Source: an uncultured Candidatus Saccharibacteria bacterium
GTDB taxonomy: Bacteria; Patescibacteriota; Doudnabacteria; UBA920; VMFF01
Direction of reading: 5' to 3'
Assembly: GCA_964364285.1 (NCBI GenBank)
Contig: CAYIKZ010000005.1
Location: 1-48,037, forward strand
DNA: 48,037 nucleotides
Part shown: positions 9,602-17,919 of the stretch, piece after piece
Layout of the letters: each line of letters opens with the position of its first letter
How positions within the stretch are numbered: the first letter of the stretch is position 1
Position numbers and translations under genes: made by a program
Notes under the pieces: model-generated
The model's input: the letters and a program-made list of their open reading frames with translations, nothing else
Databases searched by the model: none
Told to the model about the DNA's origin: nothing

Positions 9602-9678
9602 CGGGATGTGGCTCAATTGGCTAGAGCACTCGCTTCGGGTGCGAGAGATTCTCAGTTCAAGTCCGAGCATCCCGACCA
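9602..9678 (+). tRNA. tRNA-Pro(CGG)
   Basis: CGGGATG/CATCCCG acceptor stem; CTCGC-TTCGGGT-GCGAG anticodon arm; CCA. Confidence 0.93.
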
Positions 9679-9686
9679 AAAAAATA

Positions 9687-10340
9687 ATGCAATTTCCAAC
9701 ATACAAAAGAGAAGAAGAGAAAATTCAAAATGGCTTTGATTTCATTATTGGTTGTGATGAAGTTGGTGCAGGACCTTTAGCAGGACCTGTTGTTGCAGCA
9801 GCATGTATATTAAAGAGTGAAACAATAGGGGACAGAAGAACTTCTGATAAATGGTATTACAGAGTTCGTGATTCAAAGACAGTAAGTGAAAAAGAAAGAG
9901 AAGAGTTAGCTGTGGTTATAAAACAAAACTGTTTGTGTTATGCGGTTTCTGAGGTTGATTCTAGAGAAATAGATGATATAAACATCCACAACGCAAGCCT
10001 ATTAGCGATGCATAGAGCAGTTTCCAGTCTCTTAGAACAACTAAATACCCAGGATATTAAAAAGATATTTGTTTTTGTTGATGGAAAGTTTAGAATAAAG
10101 GGACTGTCTTTAGAACAAGAGCCTGTAATCTCGGGGGATTCAGAAATCCTATCAATTGCAGCGGCCTCCATAATCGCAAAGGTTCATAGAGACGGTTTGT
10201 TAAGAAATATAGATAAAGTTTTTCCAAACTACGGGTTTGCAAAACATAAGGGCTATGGAACAAGAGAGCATATCCAAGCAATTCAAAAGAACGGGGTATT
10301 GGGTATCCATAGAAAGTCGTTTTTAAAGAATATTATTTAA
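9687..10340 (+). CDS. rnhB: ribonuclease HII
   Basis: GCDEVGAGPLAGPVVAAA, RDSK, VDG, SIAAASIIAKVHRD, KHKGYGT; start moved to 9687. Confidence 0.95.
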   Translation: MQFPTYKREEEKIQNGFDFIIGCDEVGAGPLAGPVVAAACILKSETIGDRRTSDKWYYRVRDSKTVSEKEREELAVVIKQNCLCYAVSEVDSREIDDINIHNASLLAMHRAVSSLLEQLNTQDIKKIFVFVDGKFRIKGLSLEQEPVISGDSEILSIAAASIIAKVHRDGLLRNIDKVFPNYGFAKHKGYGTREHIQAIQKNGVLGIHRKSFLKNII

Positions 10341-10345
10341 TACGT

Positions 10346-10436
10346 GGAAGAGTGGCCGAGTGGTTGAAGGCGCAGCTCTCGAAAAGCTGTATGGGTCAAA
10401 AGCTCATCGTGGGTTCGAATCCCACCTCTTCCGCCA
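10346..10436 (+). tRNA. tRNA-Ser(CGA)
   Basis: GGAAGAG/CTCTTCC acceptor stem; CAGCT-CTCGAAA-AGCTG anticodon arm; long variable arm; GCCA end. Confidence 0.95.
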
Positions 10437-10442
10437 AAGAAG

Positions 10443-10465
10443 AATCGCCCGAAAGGCGGTTTTTT
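10443..10465 (+). terminator. intrinsic terminator after tRNA-Ser
   Basis: AATCGCC-CGAAA-GGCGGTT followed by a T-run. Confidence 0.8.
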
Positions 10466-10495
10466 GATATGCTATAAACAATTAAATGAGATCAA

Positions 10496-11065
10496 ATGAA
10501 CCAAGAACTTAATGTGCCAACTAGAACCTCGCTCCCAAATCTTAATACCCCTACTCCCACCAAAAAAAATGGCATATTGATATTGATTGGAGTTATTATA
10601 TTTTTGGGTGCTGGACTCTTTATTTTTTTATATTTATTTCTAGCGCTTTTTGGCGCAGGCATGGCTGATAATGGCACTAAAGCATTTGGTGAAATTTGGT
10701 CACAATTTCGGGTACTTATATATGCGCTTGCTGGTTTGGGTATTGCTGGATTGTATTTGATAGTTAGGGGTACGAGCAATGTGATAATATCACCAAGTCA
10801 AGAAAAGCATAGTTTGCTCAAAATATTTGCAAAGGTGATTTTATCCTTTATTTTCATAATACCAACATGGGTGATTGAAAATCATTACCCTATCCCTTCT
10901 GGCGATATTGGTGGCTTTTTCTTAATCTTAATACTACCAATAAACTGGATTGCATACTACATGGCACTGGATGCAAATATATCCTTAAAAAAAAGAGTCC
11001 TCTGGATTATTATTATTTTCTTAATTACCTGGCCTCTTTTGATTCTAGCATCTTACAAGTTCTAA
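10496..11065 (+). CDS. hypothetical multi-pass membrane protein
   Basis: 189-aa ORF with about five hydrophobic segments; no family recognised. Confidence 0.7.
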   Translation: MNQELNVPTRTSLPNLNTPTPTKKNGILILIGVIIFLGAGLFIFLYLFLALFGAGMADNGTKAFGEIWSQFRVLIYALAGLGIAGLYLIVRGTSNVIISPSQEKHSLLKIFAKVILSFIFIIPTWVIENHYPIPSGDIGGFFLILILPINWIAYYMALDANISLKKRVLWIIIIFLITWPLLILASYKF

Positions 11066-11104
11066 CATCGTCCACAATGCTGAGCCAAATTCCAAAAATT
11101 AAAT

Positions 11105-11126
11105 ATCGCCTTTAAGGCGATTTTTT
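11105..11126 (+). terminator. intrinsic terminator
   Basis: ATCGCCT-TTA-AGGCGAT followed by a T-run. Confidence 0.8.
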
Positions 11127-11184
11127 GTTATGCTTTATTTATGATGTTGACCCAATAAGATATCACGCTAACAGGAGCTGAGAT

Positions 11185-11349
11185 ATGTGCTGGAGAGATG
11201 ATGTCCCAATGTCACGTGTGTGTATACGCTGTGGTCAACAATACTACGGTGATTTAGGTCACCGAGGTTGTCCAGGCTGGCGGAAAGACGAGCCAGCAAG
11301 TTCTCCGACCGAGAGCTCAAGGGCGACCAGTCAAGAACAACCAAAATAA
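11185..11349 (+). CDS. 54-aa small protein with a CxxC...HxxC putative zinc-binding motif (below the ORF-track cutoff)
   Basis: MCWRDDVPMSRVCIRCGQQYYGDLGHRGCPGWRKDEPASSPTESSRATSQEQPK; AGGAG SD 7 nt upstream; more GC-rich than its flanks. Confidence 0.5.
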   Translation: MCWRDDVPMSRVCIRCGQQYYGDLGHRGCPGWRKDEPASSPTESSRATSQEQPK

Positions 11350-11506
11350 GGAGGTATGCTGGGCAGTATGCCCAAGAACCTGGAAGCGCTGTCAGCAACA
11401 AGACAGCGCCTATCCTTAATACATCACTAGTTGGTGTTTTGAGGAAAGGAAATTAGTTCCAACATCCTTCACGATGCCCCCAAAAATCAATAATTAAACA
11501 ACATTT

Positions 11507-11842
11507 ATGATCCCTATTACTTCAATACGAAATTCTGGCCAGCTGTATTTCCTGTCAGGACAAATAGGTCTTAAAGACGGAGTTTTGGCTTCAGAAGATA
11601 TAAAAGAACAATTGATTCAAACCGCAGAAAATATAAAAACAATATTAAAAGAAGTTAATTTAACTTTAAATAATATTGTAAGTGTTACTGCATATTTAAC
11701 AGAGCAGTCAGATTACACAGTATTCAATGAAATATATACTGAGTTGTTTCAACCTCCTTATCCAACGCGAACAACAGTAACAGTAAAATCTTTACCCTTG
11801 AATGCAAAAGTTGAGCTTCAGGTTATAGCTTCAAAGGAGTAG
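11507..11842 (+). CDS. RidA/YjgF family protein
   Basis: LYFLSGQIG, FNEIYTELF, PYPTRTTV, LPLNAKVELQVIA. Confidence 0.9.
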   Translation: MIPITSIRNSGQLYFLSGQIGLKDGVLASEDIKEQLIQTAENIKTILKEVNLTLNNIVSVTAYLTEQSDYTVFNEIYTELFQPPYPTRTTVTVKSLPLNAKVELQVIASKE

Positions 11843-11852
11843 AGTAATTGAG

Positions 11853-12938
11853 ATGAAACAAATTTTAATAATCTACACATCCATAGGGCTGGGTCATAAA
11901 AAGATCGCTGAAAACATTGGCGCTTCTTTAAAAGAAGACCTTAACAACAGCGTTGAACTATTAGATCTTTATGATGTTGAATCTGGGGGTTTAAAAAAAT
12001 ACGGAGAAAAACTCTACTATATCCTCCTAAAATACTCTCCATGGATTTGGGAGTTTTTTTACACAAACAAAGTGTTCATAGAAACAACCCTTCCATTCAG
12101 AATATTTGTTGCGAGTTTCAATGCTAGTAAATTAGAGCAAGTATTAAAGAATAAACATTACGATATTGTAATTAGCACACATGCCAATTCATCTGCAATC
12201 ATTTCATATTTAAAGAAAAAAGGAGTATATACTGGAAAGTTTGCGATTGCTTTCTCTGACTATCATCTGCATAGGTATTGGCTCTATGACAACGCTGATT
12301 TGTACCTTGCTAATATAAATGAGCAGAAAGAGGAAATGGTTTCCCGTGGAATTAATGCTGAAAAGATTGCTGTTTGTGGCATGACTCTTCAAAAACAAGA
12401 GTCTGTGGTTGATAAACAAAAGGTGAAAAACAATCTCGGGTTAAAAGAAAATGATAGAATAGTCATTGTTTTCGCTGGTAGTAGAGGCTTTGGTATGAAT
12501 TCAGATATCATAGACCAGCTCGTAAAAACAAACGCAATGATTCTTGTAGTTTGTGGAACAAGCTCTGAAACAAAAGAGCGCTTAACACAGAAATATCTTC
12601 AAACCATTAACGTTAAAGTTCTCGGATATTCAAATTTCCGCGAACTAATTTCTATCGCAGACATAATTGTTTCAAAACCAGGTGGTTTAACTGTTGCTGA
12701 ATCCTTAGAACAAAATGTTCCAATCCTTGTCTCACATTTTCTTCCAGGGCAAGAACGTTTAAACATAGGTTACTTAAAAGAACACAATCTCATCATGCCG
12801 TTATCCCTTGATTACTACGAAGCTGTTAAAGATGAAATACAGACAGGAAGCTTCAGATCCTCGCTCAAAGAAAACCCTAATTTAAAACGCATAGTCCAAT
12901 ATGGAGAAGTGGTTCGTGAAGCAATTTTAAAGCTTTAG
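11853..12938 (+). CDS. UgtP/MGDG-synthase-like glycosyltransferase (GT28)
   Basis: GLGHKKIA, IVISTH, SDYHLHRYW, SKPGGLTVAES, LPGQERLN. Confidence 0.85.
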   Translation: MKQILIIYTSIGLGHKKIAENIGASLKEDLNNSVELLDLYDVESGGLKKYGEKLYYILLKYSPWIWEFFYTNKVFIETTLPFRIFVASFNASKLEQVLKNKHYDIVISTHANSSAIISYLKKKGVYTGKFAIAFSDYHLHRYWLYDNADLYLANINEQKEEMVSRGINAEKIAVCGMTLQKQESVVDKQKVKNNLGLKENDRIVIVFAGSRGFGMNSDIIDQLVKTNAMILVVCGTSSETKERLTQKYLQTINVKVLGYSNFRELISIADIIVSKPGGLTVAESLEQNVPILVSHFLPGQERLNIGYLKEHNLIMPLSLDYYEAVKDEIQTGSFRSSLKENPNLKRIVQYGEVVREAILKL

Positions 12939-12944
12939 AAACTG

Positions 12945-12973
12945 TTGACCAGAACCATTAATTTTAGTAGTAT
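12945..12973 (+). promoter_or_regulatory. sigma70-type promoter of hsp20
   Basis: TTGACC-17nt-TAGTAT. Confidence 0.6.
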
Positions 12974-13007
12974 AGAATCACGAATATAACAGAGTGAAAC
13001 AATAAAT

Positions 13008-13550
13008 ATGGCTAAAGAAAAAAGATCATTTTTTGGGAAAATAATGGGTGGGGATGAACCAGCTCAGCAGGTAAACGTAAGCACAGAGCAATATGTGCAG
13101 CCTTTGCAGACTGTTCAAGATATAGAAGAGGAACAAGTTTTAGCAGAAGTTGATGATTCACAGGGCTTGGAGATAGACGCTCCTTCTCAAGCAAACGCTG
13201 ATGAGGAATGGATGTCTGATTATGAAGGAACTTTAAACATTGATCTGTATCAAACCAGAGACAATGTCATTATTAAATCAACGATTGCTGGTGTTAAGTC
13301 TGAAAATCTAGACATTACAATTGCAAATGACATGGTTACCATTAAAGGTGAGCGTGTTAAAGAAGAAAAGATCCCTGCAGAAGATTACTTCTATCAAGAA
13401 TGCTACTGGGGTGGTTTTTCAAGAAGTGTCATTCTGCCGGTTGATATTGATAGTGAGCACGTAGAGGCTGATTTAAAAGACGGTATTCTAACAGTAATTT
13501 TACCTAAAGCAGCAAAAGCAAAGACTAAGAAGATCAAGGTAAACGGCTAA
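13008..13550 (+). CDS. Hsp20/alpha-crystallin small heat-shock protein with acidic N-terminus
   Basis: IDLYQT..IAGVK..VTIKGER..ECYWGGFSRSVILP..ADLKDGILTVILPK. Confidence 0.92.
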   Translation: MAKEKRSFFGKIMGGDEPAQQVNVSTEQYVQPLQTVQDIEEEQVLAEVDDSQGLEIDAPSQANADEEWMSDYEGTLNIDLYQTRDNVIIKSTIAGVKSENLDITIANDMVTIKGERVKEEKIPAEDYFYQECYWGGFSRSVILPVDIDSEHVEADLKDGILTVILPKAAKAKTKKIKVNG

Positions 13551-13560
13551 CAGTGATTTC

Positions 13561-13593
13561 AAATGCCTCTGGGCTAACCCAGAGGCATTTTTT
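13561..13593 (+). terminator. intrinsic terminator
   Basis: AAATGCCTCTGGG-CTAA-CCCAGAGGCATTT followed by TTT. Confidence 0.88.
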
Positions 13594-13610
13594 ATGTTAA
13601 AATATTACAT

Positions 13611-15821
13611 ATGGCAAGACCTAGGAAACACAAAGAACACCTCATTCCAAAACCAAGCTTAAACTTAAGCCCCGAGACTAAAAAAGGGCTTGCAGTAGTG
13701 TTGTTTGTAGCCCTTTTTCTTATAACTTTGCTTTCACTTTTTGGTAAGGCCGGTGTAGTGGGTGAATACATCTCTAATGGTTTTGTTTTTGGTTTTGGGT
13801 ATATCGCATACCTGGTTCCAGTAATTTTTCTTTTGATAGGTATTGCTTTGTATAAACAAAGCGTTGATGAAGGTGATGGGCAGCACTTCTATTTCCGAAC
13901 ATACCTTGGAGCCTTTATTCTCGCAGGTTCATTAGCAGGGTTGATTCATATTTTTTACATGCGCGATGGTAGTACTGCATTAGATTTAGTTTCAAAAACA
14001 ATTGGTGGTGGATACCTTGGAGCATTGTTTGGTTACCCATTCTTTTCCCTAACTGGTTTCTGGGCTGCCTTGGTTATTCTAATAGGTATCATGATTACGG
14101 GTTTGTTAATAACCTTTGATGTTTCACTATCGAAATTAATTCCAAGCAAAACAGATTCAGATGAAGAAAATGGAAGGAAAGTTAATTTTGATGTTGGACC
14201 GATAAGAATAAACAGTATGGGTAAGAATGGTTTTGTCTCCGAGAAAGTTTCTTCAAAGAATAGAATGACGGGGGATAGTGATGAAGAAAAAGCAAAGTTA
14301 AAAACAAGGTCAATGGAACCAATAATTTCCGCACCTTCCCAGGACAGAAAAACAGATATGCCGGCAATCATTCTTGATGACAGAAAAGACTGGAAACTGC
14401 CGCCGTTTGATTTGTTGGAGGACTCTACAAACACAGTTGACAGCGGAAACATAGAAGTAAATGTTTCAATAATTCAGAAAACACTCTCAGATTTTGGCAT
14501 AGAAGTTGAGATGGGAGAGGTAAATGTTGGACCGACGGTTACTCAATATACTCTAAGACCAGCAGTCGGAGTTAAGCTTTCTCAAATAGCTGGGTTGCAA
14601 AATGATTTGGCACTCGCACTTTCCGCGCACTCAATTAGAATGGAACTGCCAATACCGGGTAAAGCTTTAGTGGGTATTGAAATACCAAATGTTACTAAGG
14701 CAATTGTTAGATTAAGAGAGGTTTTGCAAACAGAGAACTTTGTTAAACACCCATCCAATTTGGCTTTTGCTTTAGGTAGAGATGTTTCAGGTCATCCAAT
14801 GGTCGCAGATCTTGCGAGAATGCCGCATTTGATGATTGCTGGGGCGACTGGTTCAGGAAAGTCTATAGCGTTAAATTCTTTTTTGATATCCTTGCTTTAC
14901 AAAAACACACCCCAAGATGTTAAGTTCATTATTATTGATCCAAAACGCGTTGAAATGACTTTGTACAATGGAATTCCTCATTTGATGACACCTGTTGTCA
15001 TAGATCACGAAAAAGCAATTAATGCCCTACGATGGGCGGTTGCTGAAATGGACCGAAGATACAAAGTTTTGGCTGAAGCAGGGAATAGGAATATATTAGA
15101 ATACAATGCTAACGCAGCTCTAAAATTAAACTACCTTGTAATTGTTGTTGATGAACTCGCTGACTTAATGGCAGTTGCTAAAAATGACGTTGAAGCAGCT
15201 ATAGTGCGTCTTTCTCAGATGGCAAGAGCTGTTGGTATCCACTTAGTTCTTGCAACTCAGAGGCCTTCAGTTGAAGTTATAACTGGTTTAATTAAAGCAA
15301 ACATTACTTCAAGGATGGCTTTTGCCGTTGCTTCTCAAATTGATAGCAGAACAATAATAGACTCAATGGGAGCTGAATCACTTCTTGGAAACGGAGACAT
15401 GCTTTTTGTGACAGCGGAAGTTCAAAAACCAAGACGTATTCAAGGAGCATTCATCGGAGAACAAGAAGTGCATAGGGTTGTTGATTTCTTTAAAAAACAA
15501 ACTGGTGCTGTCATATACAATGAAGAGATATTAGAAAAACCAAAACATAAAATGTCCATACCAGGACTTTCTAACGATGATGGTGGTGACGAGTTGCTTG
15601 CTGAGGCAGAAGAAGTAGTAAAACAAGCAGGCAAGGCTTCAGCTTCGCTGTTACAGCGAAGATTAAGGGTAGGCTATGCTCGCGCCGCTCGTTTGTTAGA
15701 TCTTCTTGAAGATCGAGGAATAATAGGCCCAGGAGACGGAGCAAAACCACGTGAGGTTTATGTTTCAAGAGAAATGGGTTCTGTTGCAGATGAGGAGTAT
15801 GGCGATGACTCAAATATTTGA
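13611..15821 (+). CDS. ftsK: DNA translocase FtsK/SpoIIIE
   Basis: N-terminal TM domain, PHLMIAGATGSGKS, VDELADLM, LATQRPS, gamma domain LQRRLRVGYARAARL. Confidence 0.96.
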   Translation: MARPRKHKEHLIPKPSLNLSPETKKGLAVVLFVALFLITLLSLFGKAGVVGEYISNGFVFGFGYIAYLVPVIFLLIGIALYKQSVDEGDGQHFYFRTYLGAFILAGSLAGLIHIFYMRDGSTALDLVSKTIGGGYLGALFGYPFFSLTGFWAALVILIGIMITGLLITFDVSLSKLIPSKTDSDEENGRKVNFDVGPIRINSMGKNGFVSEKVSSKNRMTGDSDEEKAKLKTRSMEPIISAPSQDRKTDMPAIILDDRKDWKLPPFDLLEDSTNTVDSGNIEVNVSIIQKTLSDFGIEVEMGEVNVGPTVTQYTLRPAVGVKLSQIAGLQNDLALALSAHSIRMELPIPGKALVGIEIPNVTKAIVRLREVLQTENFVKHPSNLAFALGRDVSGHPMVADLARMPHLMIAGATGSGKSIALNSFLISLLYKNTPQDVKFIIIDPKRVEMTLYNGIPHLMTPVVIDHEKAINALRWAVAEMDRRYKVLAEAGNRNILEYNANAALKLNYLVIVVDELADLMAVAKNDVEAAIVRLSQMARAVGIHLVLATQRPSVEVITGLIKANITSRMAFAVASQIDSRTIIDSMGAESLLGNGDMLFVTAEVQKPRRIQGAFIGEQEVHRVVDFFKKQTGAVIYNEEILEKPKHKMSIPGLSNDDGGDELLAEAEEVVKQAGKASASLLQRRLRVGYARAARLLDLLEDRGIIGPGDGAKPREVYVSREMGSVADEEYGDDSNI

Positions 15822-16749
15822 AACAAAGAAAATACAAATGGAAACTCTCCCCGAATACCTTAAAGCGGCTCGGGAGAGTTTTTCATATGATCTAAAACAT
15901 GTTGCTAAGATAACTAACATTTCTCCAAAGTTCATTGAAAATCTAGAACAAGGTTATTACCACCGTTTGCCTGCTGATGTGTATGTTCATGGTTTCTTAA
16001 GAAAACTCGCAGAACTATACAGAACAAAAGCAGATGTTTTAATTGAACAGTACAAGAAAGAAAGAGGAGTGCATGATCAGATTACAAAGAAAGCAGAAGT
16101 ATCATACAAAAGCTACACTGATTCAAAATTTGAAATTACTCCAAAGACCTTAACGTTTGCTGGTCTTGGTTTGTTTGTTCTTTTCATCTTTGGTTATCTT
16201 TTCTATCAAGTGCATGCATTAAATCAACCGCCTAGAATAACTATATCTCAACCACAAGACGGCGCTAGAATAACGACATCATCAGTTATTGTTCAAGGGC
16301 ATGTTGATGTTGGTTCAACTTTAACCATGAATGATCAACAGATTTTTGTTGATTCAGAGGGCAATTTTAAACAACCAATTAGTATTTCTCCTGGTGAAAA
16401 GGTTTTGCTTTTCTCAGCTAAAAATAACTTTGGGAAACAAAGCACAAAACAGCTAGTGGTAATAGGTGACTTTGGGGTGAATCAAGCCCCAGTAATTAAC
16501 GCGGTTAACTTAGTAATAACTGGGGGACCGAATTCAACATGGATTACAGTTCAAATTGATAATGGGGCAGCCCAGAATGATAACATATCTAGCGGTGTTA
16601 CTAAGTCATATTTTGCAAAGAACAAAATAGTATTAAGCACAGGTAATGGTGGCAGTACATCAGTTAATTTAAATGGGAAAAACCTAGGAAAAGTAGGTAA
16701 AGAGGGTGAGGTTGTTAGAGATATTCCTTTCACCGCAGAGGGGAAATAA
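15805..16749 (+). CDS. RodZ-like HTH membrane protein (HTH-TM-Ig-like-DUF4115-like)
   Basis: N-terminal HTH ..LEQGYYHRLPADVYVHGFLRKLA, single TM, C-terminal GNGG..VNLNGK; ftsK-rodZ-recA order; start at 15799 or 15805 (GAGGAG upstream). Confidence 0.8.
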   Translation: MTQIFETKKIQMETLPEYLKAARESFSYDLKHVAKITNISPKFIENLEQGYYHRLPADVYVHGFLRKLAELYRTKADVLIEQYKKERGVHDQITKKAEVSYKSYTDSKFEITPKTLTFAGLGLFVLFIFGYLFYQVHALNQPPRITISQPQDGARITTSSVIVQGHVDVGSTLTMNDQQIFVDSEGNFKQPISISPGEKVLLFSAKNNFGKQSTKQLVVIGDFGVNQAPVINAVNLVITGGPNSTWITVQIDNGAAQNDNISSGVTKSYFAKNKIVLSTGNGGSTSVNLNGKNLGKVGKEGEVVRDIPFTAEGK

Positions 16750-16808
16750 TAGTTAATTATTTTTTAATCTAAGTGTGTTAATATATATCTATCATTAAAG
16801 AAAAAAGC

Positions 16809-17852
16809 ATGGCTAAATTACAGAAAAAATCTACAAACAGTGAAACACGAAATAAAGCAGTGGCAGCAGCATTGTCACAGATTCGAGAAAAGTTCGGAGA
16901 AGGTTCAATAATGACCTTGGCTCAAAACCATTCAATGGAAGTTGAAAGCATCCCAACAGGATCAATTTCTCTAGACTTAGCATTAGGCATTGGTGGCGTT
17001 CCAAAAGGAAGAGTCATAGAAATATATGGTCCTGAATCATCAGGAAAAACTACACTCGCACAACACATAGTTGCAGAAGTTCAGAAAAAAGGCGGGGTTG
17101 CGGCATTTGTAGACGCAGAACATGCGATGGATCCTGAGTATGCTTCTAAAATAGGGGTTAAACTAGACGAGCTATTAATCTCCCAACCAGACACAGGAGA
17201 GCAAGCACTGGATATTGTTGAGACTTTGGTTAGAAGTAATGCCGTTGATGTCATAGTTATTGATTCAGTTGCTGCTTTAACACCACGAGCTGAAATTGAA
17301 GGAGACATGGGTGACAGTCATATGGGATTACAAGCAAGATTAATGTCTCAAGCACTAAGAAAACTGACAGCAATAATTTCTAAATCTAAAAGCACAGTCA
17401 TCTTCATCAATCAGATTCGTATGAAAATTGGAGTCATGTTTGGGAATCCTGAAACAACAACTGGTGGAAATGCTTTAAAGTTCTACGCTTCTTTAAGATT
17501 AGAAGTTAGAAAAGCAGCCCAGATTAAATCAGGCGAAAAGATTATAGGCTCAAGAATTAAAGTTAAAGTTGTGAAGAACAAGGTTGCAGCCCCTTTCAAA
17601 ACAGCTGAGTTTGATATCATGTACAATGAAGGTATCTCTAAAGCAGGGGATTTGCTAGATACAGGCGTTGCATATGGGGTCATATCAAAAAGCGGCAATT
17701 CTTACACCTATGCTGAAACAAAGCTTGGTGTGGGTCGTGAAAACGCAAAGACCTTCCTTAAAGCAAACGATGATGTCATGACCGCAGTAGACAAGGCTGT
17801 CAGAGAGAAATTTGAGGCTGGGGAAGTTCCAGTAAGTTCAGACGAAGAATAA
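16809..17852 (+). CDS. recA: recombinase RecA
   Basis: [43 protein letters not shown]. Confidence 0.98.
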   Translation: MAKLQKKSTNSETRNKAVAAALSQIREKFGEGSIMTLAQNHSMEVESIPTGSISLDLALGIGGVPKGRVIEIYGPESSGKTTLAQHIVAEVQKKGGVAAFVDAEHAMDPEYASKIGVKLDELLISQPDTGEQALDIVETLVRSNAVDVIVIDSVAALTPRAEIEGDMGDSHMGLQARLMSQALRKLTAIISKSKSTVIFINQIRMKIGVMFGNPETTTGGNALKFYASLRLEVRKAAQIKSGEKIIGSRIKVKVVKNKVAAPFKTAEFDIMYNEGISKAGDLLDTGVAYGVISKSGNSYTYAETKLGVGRENAKTFLKANDDVMTAVDKAVREKFEAGEVPVSSDEE

Positions 17853-17885
17853 CAGGATTTTTCTTTTAAATAAATAGTTTGATAT

Positions 17886-17918
17886 AATACAAACAAGGGC
17901 AATCGCCCTTTTTGTATT
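17886..17918 (+). terminator. hairpin or terminator after recA
   Basis: AAGGGC-AATC-GCCCTT-TTT, extendable by AATACAAA/TTTGTATT. Confidence 0.6.
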
Positions 17919-17919
17919 T

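Noticed and set aside
11168-11456. ORFs 11168-11401(-) and 11268-11456(+)
   Set aside because: Non-ATG starts and no motifs; the 11185-11349 frame has the SD and the Cys/His motif.
12338-15776. Additional parS-like 16-mers at 12338 and 15761
   Set aside because: Only 11/16 and 12/16 matches, isolated, with mismatches in the core CACGTG; compatible with chance.
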